IMG/VR virus record: IMGVR_UViG_3300029339_000293
Source of the DNA: a virus
Strand: one strand, 5' to 3'
Length of the DNA stretch: 64,000 bases
Shown here piece by piece: positions 46,690 to 56,554 of the stretch (position 1 is its first letter; each line of letters opens with the position of its first letter). Made by a program: the position numbers and the translations under genes. The notes under the pieces are model-generated. The model was not told the DNA's origin and made no database searches. It saw only the letters and a list, made by a program, of their open reading frames with translations.

Positions 46690-48400
46690 ATTAAATATGT
46701 AAGCATTTATTGCTTACATATTCTGAGAACGTATTTGTTTTCAGAATATAATAAATAAACATGGAGGTATACTATTATGAAGAAAGTATCCAAAGTGAAC
46801 CCTCCTCGCCTAATCCACTTTCGCGAATATAGACGGGGCTTCCAAACTCCGCATGGACTTTCGTCCATGCCTGCTACTTTAGGCAGGAGTGGATACCTAA
46901 CCACAGATACAGCGCAAACTCAGTGACTCTGTCGCGCGGCATTACCTTCAGCCAGAGCTTCAGGTTTTGCCTTGGATGCGCAGAATACCGCATAAGCGTT
47001 AATTAGTGTGGCCAGGCAGCAGCTGGTCCGTCTGTTGAGCTCTGGGACTTTGGCCAGAACTAACAACTCTTCCTTTACAGAAAGAGATTTAAGGAGTACA
47101 CGGATGAAGAACCGTGCACCGATATTTTTAGATGCGGAAAGGTCGCAGTTATAGACCTTTCCGGTTGTAAATTTACATAATTCATATGTGTTGAGTTCTG
47201 CATCTTTGCCGCGGATGACTTTTCCAGAGCCGTCAAATGCAAGACGTGATGTATTTACAGCGCAGATGTAAGAAACACGGATTCCGTTTCTGGCAGCAAG
47301 CGCTTCAACGCGGTGCTGAATGTCACGTTTTCTCCACAGCGAAAGCTTCTGCTTATTGCCACGTTTCTTTTTCTTCATGTTGAGGTGTTCAAAAGCAATA
47401 ACATCTACTTTGGATTCTATGGCAAATCTGACAATTTCTACAGCTGTCTTAACAGCGATTGCCTCATTGTAGTTATTTGCCAGTCTCCAAAGTCTTGGCG
47501 TTTTGTGATTGCCATTCAGCTGTGCTTTTTTAATAGCATTCAGTAATCCATACATACGGTCTTTTTCTACAGGACGGTTGATAAATCGCTGTCCTGTGAC
47601 AGTTCCGTCTTTATGTACCACTGAACACACTGCGTCTGTGTTGATTCCTAAATCTACGCCGAGCACAGCCTCAGCTTCTTTATCCTTTTTGAATTTCGGA
47701 AACTTAGCATTTGCCATTTCGTAAGAAATACGGAGTTCATATCGGTGATTACGTTTTACAAGAACTGGGGCAGAAGCCTTCCATGCTTTCATATGGCTGT
47801 AGGCATACATAAAATCACAGTCACGTATTACAAAAGTCTCCCAAATCCAGTCCTTGCCATTATATAATTTCAGACTTACGATATTTGTTTCTTTACTGTC
47901 AAGAAATGTATTATTTCTGTAAAAGCACGGCATTGTATTCTGATTTCGATTCAGATATGGTCTGCGACCATGCTTTCCTCCATCCTCCCACTTCTGTAAC
48001 TGGGAGCGGTAAGACAGAATCAGTCCGATTGAAGTATTGATTGCATCACGTCTGAGATAACTTGGAAATTTATAAAATTCATTATCGAAACGTTTATATA
48101 CAGCCTCATTATTTGCTGTAGAATGGATTAAACGTTCCATCTTCTGCTGCCTTCTCTGCTGTGCAGAAATAATAACTTTTCCATCATCGCCTGTTATACT
48201 TTCGAGAGATTTCAATTCGTCATAATGACGTATTGCAATGTCAGAGATATAATGTACGGCGTTGCGGTATGTTTTAATTGTCTTGTCGAAAATGTGATAT
48301 GCTTCTGTGATTTTTAATCCATATGATGCTTCACCGTTACCGGTTCAGCACCAGAGCAAGCATGATACTGTTGCCATACATTGACACCTCCTTGCCTTAA
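46690..48400 (-). mobile_element. IS200/IS605-family TnpB-only element, copy 2 (related to element 1; start of tnpB disrupted)
   Basis: TnpB ORF, a 3' structured region at 46690-46919, and a 5' region containing CACCGTTACCGGTTCAGCACCAGAGCAAGCAT homologous to the left end of element 1. Boundaries are approximate. Confidence 0.5.
46920..48215 (-). CDS. tnpB: IS200/IS605-family TnpB, copy 2 (no canonical ATG; reading frame open a further ~45 codons upstream; possible pseudogene)
   Basis: C-terminus YNCDLSASKNIGARFFIRVLLKS. N-terminal homology to copy 1 extends upstream of the annotated TTG start into a segment that contains an inserted left-end-like sequence. Confidence 0.75.
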   Translation of the reverse strand: MKSLESITGDDGKVIISAQQRRQQKMERLIHSTANNEAVYKRFDNEFYKFPSYLRRDAINTSIGLILSYRSQLQKWEDGGKHGRRPYLNRNQNTMPCFYRNNTFLDSKETNIVSLKLYNGKDWIWETFVIRDCDFMYAYSHMKAWKASAPVLVKRNHRYELRISYEMANAKFPKFKKDKEAEAVLGVDLGINTDAVCSVVHKDGTVTGQRFINRPVEKDRMYGLLNAIKKAQLNGNHKTPRLWRLANNYNEAIAVKTAVEIVRFAIESKVDVIAFEHLNMKKKKRGNKQKLSLWRKRDIQHRVEALAARNGIRVSYICAVNTSRLAFDGSGKVIRGKDAELNTYELCKFTTGKVYNCDLSASKNIGARFFIRVLLKSLSVKEELLVLAKVPELNRRTSCCLATLINAYAVFCASKAKPEALAEGNAARQSH

Positions 48401-48502
48401 AATTTCTTACATATATAATATGCAGGATTTTTAAAAGTTTTGTCGTTTTTTGCGAAAAATGCAAAGTTTATTTCACCAGTTTCCCGTAACAGCACTTACC
48501 CC

Positions 48503-48555
48503 GTCTAAACGTCAGACATAACATTTTTAGATGTCTGACGCTATAGACGGGGCGT
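48503..48555. other. Long near-perfect hairpin (about 21-bp stem) in a 470-nt non-coding interval
   Basis: CCCCGTCTAAACGTCAGACAT-AACATTTTT-AGATGTCTGACGCTATAGACGGGG. Confidence 0.5.
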
Positions 48556-48762
48556 GCGTGCATGACTGTTCTAGTTTTTTATTTAATCAAAATGGCGATG
48601 CTTAGTCTTTCTATCTTAGCTATGAATATGGCATTCCCTATCGCTACATTTGCAATGGTTGTTCAGCATAGTCCAAAATAAATACAAGGCTTTTGCGAAA
48701 AAGCAACCAATAAGAAAGCCGATTGGCTCAATAATTGAGTGCTTTAAAAACTAAGACAACGA

Positions 48763-48790
48763 AAAGGCGCTTTGGCGCCTTTTTTGTTTT
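48763..48790 (+). terminator. Plus-strand terminator with no annotated plus-strand gene upstream
   Basis: AAAAGGCGCTTTGGCGCCTTTTTTGTTTTT. Confidence 0.5.
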
Positions 48791-48895
48791 TCTTTTGCCC
48801 CGTTGTATGATATACTGAATACATCCGCAATTTGTTAACAGATGCTACATTTTGCATATTGAATATACATGACAAACAAGAAAGGAGAATGCAAA

Positions 48896-49657
48896 ATGCA
48901 GGACAAAAAATTTACAGAAAGACTAAAACAGCGCCTCACGATTGAGTTTCAAAACCATGACCGCAGTGGAGCATACGGCTTTACGCAACGCAGCATGGCT
49001 TACAACTCCAATAAGATTGAGGGAAGTACATTAACAGAAAGGCAGACCGCATCATTATTCGATACCGGTACTTTTTTCGCAGATGACGAAGATACAATCT
49101 TCAGAGCGAAAGACGTGGAAGAAATGAACGGTCATTTTAAGATGTTTAACTACATGATGAAGCACGCAGGCGAACCGCTTACTGCAGATATCATCAAAGG
49201 TATGCATAAAAACCTCAAAGAGGGCGTTTTTGAAGATATGGCAAACGGATATGCAGTCGGAGACTGGAAAAAACGTGCAAATTTTGTAGGCGATATTACC
49301 ACTGCTCTTCCACAGGAAGTACCGGCAATGATTGAAGCTCTACTTGCCGAGTATACAGGCAAAAAGAAAGTTGAACTGAGAGATATTGCAAAATTTCACG
49401 CGGTCTTTGAAAATATTCACCCATTCCAAGACGGAAACGGACGCGTCGGACGTATGATTCTGCTGAAACAATGTCTTGATGCAGACATTACACCTGTAAT
49501 CATCAGAGACGAGAACAAAATCAAGTATTACCGGTATCTTAGTGCAGCGCAGAACAAGCGCGATTACGCACCGCTTATTGATTTTTTTGAATCAGAGCAA
49601 AAATGGTATCAGGAAAAAGTAATACCGATGATTTTTGATTACGATGAACTGCAGTAA
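48896..49657 (+). CDS. fic: Fic/Doc-family protein (AMPylase-type fold)
   Basis: Canonical Fic motif HPFQDGNGRVGR; start MQDKKF with RBS AAAGGAGAA; promoter-like core TTGCATATTGAATATA upstream. Confidence 0.85.
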   Translation: MQDKKFTERLKQRLTIEFQNHDRSGAYGFTQRSMAYNSNKIEGSTLTERQTASLFDTGTFFADDEDTIFRAKDVEEMNGHFKMFNYMMKHAGEPLTADIIKGMHKNLKEGVFEDMANGYAVGDWKKRANFVGDITTALPQEVPAMIEALLAEYTGKKKVELRDIAKFHAVFENIHPFQDGNGRVGRMILLKQCLDADITPVIIRDENKIKYYRYLSAAQNKRDYAPLIDFFESEQKWYQEKVIPMIFDYDELQ

Positions 49658-49672
49658 GAAAGGAGAACGCAA

Positions 49673-50021
49673 TATGTCAGAAATATCAGAAAATTTAGAA
49701 TACAAGAACGAAGAAGAATTTTGCACAGATTGCGACTATGCACCTGACTGCGAACCAGCCACAATGAGCGAATGCACTATGTTTTTGGTGCAGCATATGA
49801 TTGATGATGAGTTGGTTTCTTCCTTAATGACTCCGCAGAGGCTCATTGACTACATCAACATGGACGATTGCCACGGCGAGAGTTACGAGATTTTCGACTG
49901 TATGTCAGAATTCGGCAAAGTTAAACCACTCAGATACAAAGGCTGGCAGCCAGGATGTCTGATTGAGGTTGTAGATGAGGCCGGCAAAGTCGTTCTTCGC
50001 GGATATGGAGAGGACCATTAA
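49673..50021 (+). CDS. Hypothetical protein (116 aa) immediately downstream of fic
   Basis: RBS AAAGGAGAA; a degenerate second copy follows at 50099-50420. Confidence 0.5.
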
Positions 50022-50098
50022 GGCGGTTGAAAACTTTTCTGTATTTAAAAGGCTGTTTTTACAGCCTTTTTTAATATTGTTTTTATATTGATATTTTT

Positions 50099-50420
50099 TT
50101 GTTTTTCTTTTGGCTGCAATATGTTATAATTAAAAATAAGATAATACAACGAATGACTTTTAATGTGGTACAGTATTTGGAAAGACAGTATTTGGAAAGT
50201 AGCAAATTTGAGTATTTTTCAGTTCAGAGAGTGATTGACGGAGAATTAATACCGTCAATCATGTCGCCTGAGAAAATTAATAGATTACATCAATATGGAT
50301 GATTGCCATCAGGAAGAGTATGAAATTTTTGATTGTTCTTCTGAATTTGGAGCAATAAAACCGTTGCGTTATAAAGGATGGTGTATTGCGTGGATACGGC
50401 GAAGACCATTAAAAACAATA
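50099..50420 (+). pseudogene. Frameshifted, internally deleted duplicate of gene 49673..50021
   Basis: Two ORF-track pieces (50099..50302 and 50295..50690, 5' part) carry ..SIMSPEKINRLHQYG* and MDDCHQEEYEIFDCSSEFGAIKPLRYKGW. These match ..SLMTPQRLIDYINMDDCHGESYEIFDCMSEFGKVKPLRYKGW of the intact copy; a deletion precedes the shared VLRGYGEDH* end. Confidence 0.45.
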
Positions 50421-50441
50421 TATTTGGAGGTTAATTATTAT

Positions 50442-50690
50442 ATGAAACTACCAGAACGTTCAGAAAAATTAAATGATGGGATATATTCCACATCAGAAAG
50501 CATAATTGTCTATAAAGAGGGCGACTGCTGGATTGAGAAATCAGCAGAATACAATGAGTTCACCGGATTTAGAATTCCAGGAAGTATCGTCTATACAGTT
50601 TATCAGGATGAAAATGCCTGCGGAGTGGTTGATGCGTCTAAAAAATTAACAGAAGCAAAAAAGATATTGAAGCAGCAGTTAAAAAACTAA
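50442..50690 (+). CDS. Small hypothetical protein (82 aa)
   Basis: RBS TGGAGGTTAATTATTATATG; MKLPERSEKLNDGIYSTSE... Confidence 0.4.
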   Translation: MKLPERSEKLNDGIYSTSESIIVYKEGDCWIEKSAEYNEFTGFRIPGSIVYTVYQDENACGVVDASKKLTEAKKILKQQLKN

Positions 50691-50763
50691 AAGAATATTA
50701 GAGATAAGAAAATGCCGGAAAATTCCAGCCTTTTCGTTTTGCGTTAAGATGCTTTGTATTTAG

Positions 50764-50898
50764 TTATTTTGTTTCATTTTTGATGTCTTGTATTATTTCG
50801 TTTACAACATCCTCTGGTAAACCAGATATGTCGGCAATCTGGTTTTTATTAAAATTTTTCAGTAAAAGATTGCGAATTATTTTTTTGTTCGTTTCCAT
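50764..50898 (-). CDS. Very small helix-turn-helix protein (44 aa), tentative regulator
   Basis: METNKKIIRNLLLKNFNKNQIADISGLPEDVVNEIIQDIKNETK resembles a sigma region-4-like HTH (QIADISGLPEDVV); weak RBS. Confidence 0.3.
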   Translation of the reverse strand: METNKKIIRNLLLKNFNKNQIADISGLPEDVVNEIIQDIKNETK

Positions 50899-51297
50899 CT
50901 CTCCACGGCATTCGCCTTTTGTAAATATCAGACAGCAGGGAATAGAAAAAACCAGAACAACCAAAACGGAAATATACTAAACGGAAGCAAAAGTAAAAGC
51001 TCAGAATAATTTAACTTCGTCAAAGCACATTCATCCCCACCCGACTACGTTACAAGGAATATTGTTACTTCGTCGGATGGGGTTTTCTATGCTCTAATAG
51101 ATAAAAAAAAAGAAGCCCCCTCTCGGAAGCCTCTTAAAGTGTTATCAAGTCAATACAGGCTAGCTCTCTTGCTCCTGCACCAACTGACCACTTTATTTAA
51201 CATAAGATAAATTTTTAAAGAAGGAATTTGCAAATCTCACTTCTTAAATATATTACCATATGTAAAAAACAAAGTCAACTACAGAAAACAGAAAATA

Positions 51298-52254
51298 CTA
51301 ATTCAAGTATTTCTCATATATTTCATCAACCATCTGAGCCATGTCCAACTGAACGAAGTTCTGCTCATAAATACCAGAAAGACTTTTTAAGAACGCTTTC
51401 TCTTCTGCCGGGCAAATACCAGTCCATATTTTTCCCTTAAAGATATATGAGAAAAATAATAAATCTCCATTTTCATACAAATTTTTGACACAGTTGTAAA
51501 CCTCATACAGCATCAGGCTACACTGCTTCATTTGCATATTACAGAAGAATTCCAAGTTCATAAAATTGAATTCGCGGCATTTTAAGTTCTCATAATTAGC
51601 TTTATTTTTGCCAAACTGAAACGCAAGGTTCTTTCTGATTCTGTCCTCCAGTGTCTCAACAAAAAGGTTTTTTACAGGCTCGCTTACGATGTCATCATAA
51701 GAAATCTGTTCGTCAGCAAAGCTGCAGATTGCGTTATTGTAATTGTCTCCAACAGTAATGACGGACACCTTTCTTTTATTGTATCTTACATTTGTGAGTA
51801 ATGGCGTCATATCTTTATCATTTGACATAATCATAAACTCGTCAATATTAGAGTTCATATGCATTGCATTTAGCACGTCAATAGTAATCTGAAGGTCTGC
51901 GAAATTTTTTCCCTGGTTTGATGTATGTATTGTTTCTACACCATAAGATTGCAGTAACGACTGGTGGTAAGAGTCATGCATGTCATCATTGTCAAAATTA
52001 CAATAAACAGCAATTTTAACAAGTCTGCGGTTACGCTTTTTGCACCACTCACGGATTTTTTCAAAGAATCCATCACGAATAGCATTTCTTTTTTCTTCCA
52101 GCAAGTTCTTGTATACATTTTCATAGTCTATAAACAACGCCACATTATATAATTCATTTCCGAAATAATTGGTGTTCATTCCAAATACATCTAAAGCATT
52201 TTCATTTCTGTTATCTTTCGTTTCCTGTTCCATCCCAATTTCTTTGTTTTTCAT
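51298..52254 (-). CDS. NYN-domain (LabA-like PIN-fold) predicted ribonuclease with a C-terminal helical extension
   Basis: ALFIDYENV, KIAVYCNFDND, SNQGKNFADLQITIDVLN and IMSNDKDMTPLL match the conserved NYN acidic residues; RBS AAAGGAAAAA. Confidence 0.65.
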   Translation of the reverse strand: MKNKEIGMEQETKDNRNENALDVFGMNTNYFGNELYNVALFIDYENVYKNLLEEKRNAIRDGFFEKIREWCKKRNRRLVKIAVYCNFDNDDMHDSYHQSLLQSYGVETIHTSNQGKNFADLQITIDVLNAMHMNSNIDEFMIMSNDKDMTPLLTNVRYNKRKVSVITVGDNYNNAICSFADEQISYDDIVSEPVKNLFVETLEDRIRKNLAFQFGKNKANYENLKCREFNFMNLEFFCNMQMKQCSLMLYEVYNCVKNLYENGDLLFFSYIFKGKIWTGICPAEEKAFLKSLSGIYEQNFVQLDMAQMVDEIYEKYLN

Positions 52255-52562
52255 TTTATTTTTCCTTTCTTTATTTGAATTTTATATATAAATGCAATAA
52301 TAATATGCTGACGATAATGTCTTATAAAACCAGCGTGGGCATAAAATTAGAGCAGCAAAGTATTCGGCTGCTCTATGTTAATTATTCTTCTCAACAAAAT
52401 TTTTAATTCTGTTGGTTCTCTTTTTTACAATTTCTTTTTGAACTTCAATATTTTTAAGATACTCTTCCGCTGTCTGTGGAGCCGGATACTTTTTGGTAAA
52501 CATTCCGTTCTCGTCAAAATAATTATCCATAAACCGGATTACATTTCCTTTCTCATCCAGAT

Positions 52563-53018
52563 TTACTTATACAGCTGAAATTTCTTACTTATCTCATGCG
52601 CCACTTCATCAGGCAGCGGCCGAAATCCAATGCATGTCAATACTCTTCCCTGCCCATACTCATCCACCTCTTCCGGCTCCAGCTCCGTCAGGCAGTTGTC
52701 CTTAATCAGGAAGAAATCTTTCCCCTCTTCCATTCCAAGCTCTTCCGCCATCTTCTTCGCCTTCAGTAACTGATTCTTGTTTCTTGCCTCACATATTGTT
52801 TTTGTAAAAATCCCGCAAACCCAATCATCGTAAGTCTCCGCGTCCATTTTTATTTCAAACACATAATCGCCGTTTTCAATTCTTTTTATCCTATTTTTAT
52901 CACCTTTCGCATTCCTAAGCGGCGCGGTCAGAAACGCCATGGACGCATGAGATACCTGTGCCGCCAACTTTCCGGCAGACATGTTTAAGTCTTTTCTTGC
53001 GATTATCAATTGCCGCAT
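52563..53018 (-). CDS. PTH2-family peptidyl-tRNA (aminoacyl-tRNA) hydrolase-like protein
   Basis: LNMSAGKLAAQVSHASMAF parallels the PTH2 LKMGKGKVAAQCSHAA block; a C-terminal DN...TCIGFRPLP parallels DAGRTQI..GS.TVLGIGP; RBS AAAGGAGGT. Confidence 0.5.
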   Translation of the reverse strand: MRQLIIARKDLNMSAGKLAAQVSHASMAFLTAPLRNAKGDKNRIKRIENGDYVFEIKMDAETYDDWVCGIFTKTICEARNKNQLLKAKKMAEELGMEEGKDFFLIKDNCLTELEPEEVDEYGQGRVLTCIGFRPLPDEVAHEISKKFQLYK

Positions 53019-53043
53019 GTGTTTTTACCTCCTTTTTTAATTA

Positions 53044-53247
53044 TTACTTTTGCTCTTTAACAAATCCCTCCAGGCCAAACAGGCCTCCTTGTATGTCAGT
53101 GCTGCATCCGCTTTCCAAAATCTCTTTATAGAGCTCTTCGTCAGTGCTTTCTTTAATCATTTTACCATACTCTTCAGGGTGTTCTTCATACCATTTTTTT
53201 ACTTCTTTTAGCTTTTCGAAATTTATTTTATCCATCATGATTCCCAT
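53044..53247 (-). CDS. Small hypothetical protein, tandem paralog of 53272..53487
   Basis: MGIMMDKINFEKLKEVKKWYEEHPEEYGKMIKE versus MGILMRKFDNDKFIEAEKWLEEHPEEAAKMDIC; RBS ATGGAGGT. Confidence 0.4.
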   Translation of the reverse strand: MGIMMDKINFEKLKEVKKWYEEHPEEYGKMIKESTDEELYKEILESGCSTDIQGGLFGLEGFVKEQK

Positions 53248-53271
53248 AACTGCTACCTCCATTTTTAACTA

Positions 53272-53487
53272 TTATCTTCCATATTTGTCGTTTCTTTCCA
53301 TTATTCTCATAAAACCATCTATCCCACCTCTGACATCCACACTTGCACTTCTTTCTTTTAGCTCTTTAATTAGTTCTTCTTCGGTCATGCATATGTCCAT
53401 TTTTGCCGCCTCTTCCGGATGCTCTTCTAGCCACTTTTCAGCCTCGATAAATTTATCATTATCAAATTTTCTCATTAGAATCCCCAT
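53272..53487 (-). CDS. Small hypothetical protein, tandem paralog of 53044..53247
   Basis: See 53044..53247. Confidence 0.4.
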   Translation of the reverse strand: MGILMRKFDNDKFIEAEKWLEEHPEEAAKMDICMTEEELIKELKERSASVDVRGGIDGFMRIMERNDKYGR

Positions 53488-53718
53488 TATGTTTACCTCC
53501 ATTTTTGATTATTTTTTTTCTTATCATATTTTCAGACCTCACCCTTTTCATTCCGGTTCGGCTCCTTTTTTGGCTCCTTTTTTTTGTTCTTCTTTTAATA
53601 TGCTGAATTTTAAGATTTTTTTGAGTTTCTTTTTATTTTTTGCTTTCTTTATTTTCTTTTTGTGTAGCAAACAAAAATGTATGACAAAAAGCAGCCGGCG
53701 AAGCCGGCTGCGGTGCAG

Positions 53719-54726
53719 TTAAGAGACCTTTAAAAGCAGGTTAATATTTTTTGAAGTTTTTGTTGTTAATTCTTTTATGTAGTTTTCCATGAACTGCCAG
53801 TCGGGGTCATTGATAGTCTTAGCTGGCAGAAGAATCTTAGTTTTTAGGGCATCATCTCTTCTGAACTTATTTGAATAGTTATAACCTTTTGTTAATGCTT
53901 TAGCCTTAAATACCGTCATAATATATTGTATAATTTCATCTGAATTGTTATCAAATTTAGGATACATTCCTTGAACGTGTGAATATTCAATAAAATTTTC
54001 TTTTTGATAAAAGATAGAATTTGCATCAGTCGTATCTGAAAATGTAATAATGCCTCCATCTTCAGTTGCCGGCAAATCTACATATCCTCCAATTCCATTA
54101 TTGCATGATGAATTAACTACAACAGGAGTGTTTCCAGTAGTTGAAAATAATTCATGATTTGTTAATCCAAGATTTTTTGTCGGGTGTATATCAAATAACT
54201 CTGATATTTCAAATTCCTTCCAAGAAGAGGTATCAATCTTATTCATATTTATACCCCCCCCCGATACTTCACGCGTTAATGTATTAAAGTCAGGAATATA
54301 TTTTGTTATTGCAGGCAATATTACTTCAAGATTTTTTAAGTTGTTACCATTTAACAAATTTGCATACCCATACTTCCCTGCAGATTTCTTAATTACAGAG
54401 CAAATAAATAACGCATTCAATTGATTTAAGTTATCATTATAGAGCAAAGCTATTGACGCACCAGAGCCACCGCGTCCAAGAAAATCATTTTCCTGCCAGA
54501 AAGAAGACCCATCAAGAGGGCTGACTGTAATGCAATGTCCTTTATCTAAAACCTCTCCTTCTTTTGGTTTCAGGCACTTCATAACACCATTATTAAAAGC
54601 CCCAGATGATACATAATTGACAGTGCCTTCTTCATAATATTTTTCACTTCTCACATCCGGCTTTTTTATCATAAAAACATCTTCAATTTTAAACTTCTTC
54701 CACCCACTCACATCAATTTTTTTCAT
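53719..54726 (-). CDS. hsdS: Type I restriction-modification specificity subunit HsdS (two target-recognition domains)
   Basis: Two repeats beginning KIDVSGWKKFKIEDVF and KIDTSSWKEFEISELFDI (the HsdS W..F..I.dlf signature); start overlaps the hsdM stop by 14 nt. Confidence 0.7.
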   Translation of the reverse strand: MKKIDVSGWKKFKIEDVFMIKKPDVRSEKYYEEGTVNYVSSGAFNNGVMKCLKPKEGEVLDKGHCITVSPLDGSSFWQENDFLGRGGSGASIALLYNDNLNQLNALFICSVIKKSAGKYGYANLLNGNNLKNLEVILPAITKYIPDFNTLTREVSGGGINMNKIDTSSWKEFEISELFDIHPTKNLGLTNHELFSTTGNTPVVVNSSCNNGIGGYVDLPATEDGGIITFSDTTDANSIFYQKENFIEYSHVQGMYPKFDNNSDEIIQYIMTVFKAKALTKGYNYSNKFRRDDALKTKILLPAKTINDPDWQFMENYIKELTTKTSKNINLLLKVS

Positions 54727-56518
54727 GGCCTTCTCCTTTCAGCCGAATCACTGTTTCCCCGTCCTTCTCCTCTACTTCAGAACTATACAGCACACTCTGC
54801 AGCAGTTGTTCATTAAAGGACTTCACATCAACCCCGCGTTTATACATCTCATAATCCATCACGCATTTTACGAAATCTTCTTCAAAAATTTCAAACGGCT
54901 TTTCCGGCATCTGATAAGATAAATGCTCTGCCGGATTGATTATCTGCCTTGTGTTATATTTTGGTTCATTTCCATCTTGGATTGCCTGAATCCAATAATC
55001 TTCAACGGTCTCCCATTTGTTTTTTATGTCCTGGCGGCCTTTGTTCTTAACTGTTTCAAGCCCATCGTCTTCTATATAGTATCCGATAATATTTCTGCCG
55101 TTTTGCGGCTTACCAGCCTCAAAAACGAAGATTGAAGTGGTTACTCCAATTCCGAAAAACAGATTTTCCGGCAGCTTGACAATCATTTTTAATGTGTGTT
55201 TTTTAAGCGCATTTTTAAGTTTTGTTTCTTTTTCCATCTTCTTATCTGGCATGATGAAAGCGCATTCAGTACCAACCGGCACACTATTCAGAACGTTCAG
55301 AACTATATCCGCACATTTGTTCTTACGCTCATAAGGCGGGTTCATCAGAACTTTTGTAATACCCTTTTCTTTAATCCATTCGGCAGCTTCTGATGATTTA
55401 GCATCCCCGTGAAGCAGATTGGTTTTGCCGTCTTTATGTATCAGGAAATTTGCACAGGCAAGAGCATAAATCTTTCTATACATCTCAATACCGAAAAGCT
55501 GCTTTGACTTAATTTCTTTTGCCTTTTCCGTCATCGGTCCGCCGGCTTCACGAATCATATTTGCCATTGATTTTACGAGAAAAGCACCAGAACCGCATGT
55601 TGCATCAAGCACTTTATCGTTCATATGAACGTCAATTAGCCGATACATGAAAGAAGTTATATGGTCAGGTGTGAAAACCTGCCCAGCATCCGCTTTACCA
55701 CGATAACGGTTGAACTCGTTAAAAAATATCGACATAACGTCTTCACCGTTCCATTGCTGGCTGTTTATCAAATCTGATATTTCGCATACATTATCAATAA
55801 AATCATTGATTGCATCCTGGTCTTCGGTAATTGACATTCTGACAGCAGAATATTCTTCCAGTAAGATATTTAGCTTATCATTCTGTCTTTTGTCTGACTC
55901 AATCGCCTTTGCAATAGCGCTGTAAATCCAGTTGTGAAATGTACTGTAATCCATATCTTTTAATCTTTGCAGTCCATTCTTTGGGTTGTATCTCTGTGCC
56001 ACCAACGCACAGGCGGTAAAAATCATCCTGTCCTGTAAATCTGTCATACCAAACTTAAAATGCAGGCTGTTATTAATTCGCTGTGTCACTTCGTAGATGT
56101 GGTTTTTATCTAGCTTTTCTTCGGTAAATAACGCCAGATAATACGTTTTTGGCTCTAACTTTTCCGATACCTCTTCCAGAAGTTTTTTATTTTTATATAC
56201 CTTAACTTCTTTTCCGTTATACAAAATCCCTATAACTTTACTGTACTTATTCAGCACAATGTCAATATTTTTAAACAGTTCTTTTTCATATTTTTCTTTT
56301 AGTTCTTCCGCCTCCGATTTTGTTTCCAAAATAATCGCTGGCTTGCCTGCATCATCAGGAAGATACCATCCATCAGGTTTATCCATAACCCCCTTAAATC
56401 CAAGCTGATTAAATGTTGTAATCTGCCCGGTTCCCTGCTGCACTCCGTTTTCTATCTCATCAAAACCGAGAATGATTTTGGCTTCATCCCGCACTTGGTC
56501 TTCAGTTTTGCATGTCAT
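54713..56518 (-). CDS. hsdM: Type I restriction-modification N6-adenine DNA methyltransferase subunit HsdM
   Basis: AdoMet motif VLDATCGSGAFLV and catalytic NPPY (VLMNPPYERKNK); 601 aa with an N-terminal HsdM_N-like region; RBS AGAGGGA. Confidence 0.85.
   Translation of the reverse strand: MTCKTEDQVRDEAKIILGFDEIENGVQQGTGQITTFNQLGFKGVMDKPDGWYLPDDAGKPAIILETKSEAEELKEKYEKELFKNIDIVLNKYSKVIGILYNGKEVKVYKNKKLLEEVSEKLEPKTYYLALFTEEKLDKNHIYEVTQRINNSLHFKFGMTDLQDRMIFTACALVAQRYNPKNGLQRLKDMDYSTFHNWIYSAIAKAIESDKRQNDKLNILLEEYSAVRMSITEDQDAINDFIDNVCEISDLINSQQWNGEDVMSIFFNEFNRYRGKADAGQVFTPDHITSFMYRLIDVHMNDKVLDATCGSGAFLVKSMANMIREAGGPMTEKAKEIKSKQLFGIEMYRKIYALACANFLIHKDGKTNLLHGDAKSSEAAEWIKEKGITKVLMNPPYERKNKCADIVLNVLNSVPVGTECAFIMPDKKMEKETKLKNALKKHTLKMIVKLPENLFFGIGVTTSIFVFEAGKPQNGRNIIGYYIEDDGLETVKNKGRQDIKNKWETVEDYWIQAIQDGNEPKYNTRQIINPAEHLSYQMPEKPFEIFEEDFVKCVMDYEMYKRGVDVKSFNEQLLQSVLYSSEVEEKDGETVIRLKGEGHEKN
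56480..56518. repeat. 5' coding end of hsdM (first 12 codons, MTCKTEDQVRDE) duplicated at 58030-58065 as the 5' end of the neighbouring 460-aa gene
   Basis: CATCCCGCACTTGGTCTTCAGTTTTGCATGTCAT versus CATCCCGTACCTGGTCTTCAGTTCTGTATGTCAT. Confidence 0.6.
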
Positions 56519-56554
56519 ATATTTTTCCCTCTTTTTTTATTTTTTTTCATACAT

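Noticed and set aside
46707-46904. ORF 46707..46904 (minus) downstream of tnpB-2
   Set aside because: It lies in the structured right-end/ωRNA-like region with no RBS. Likely spurious.
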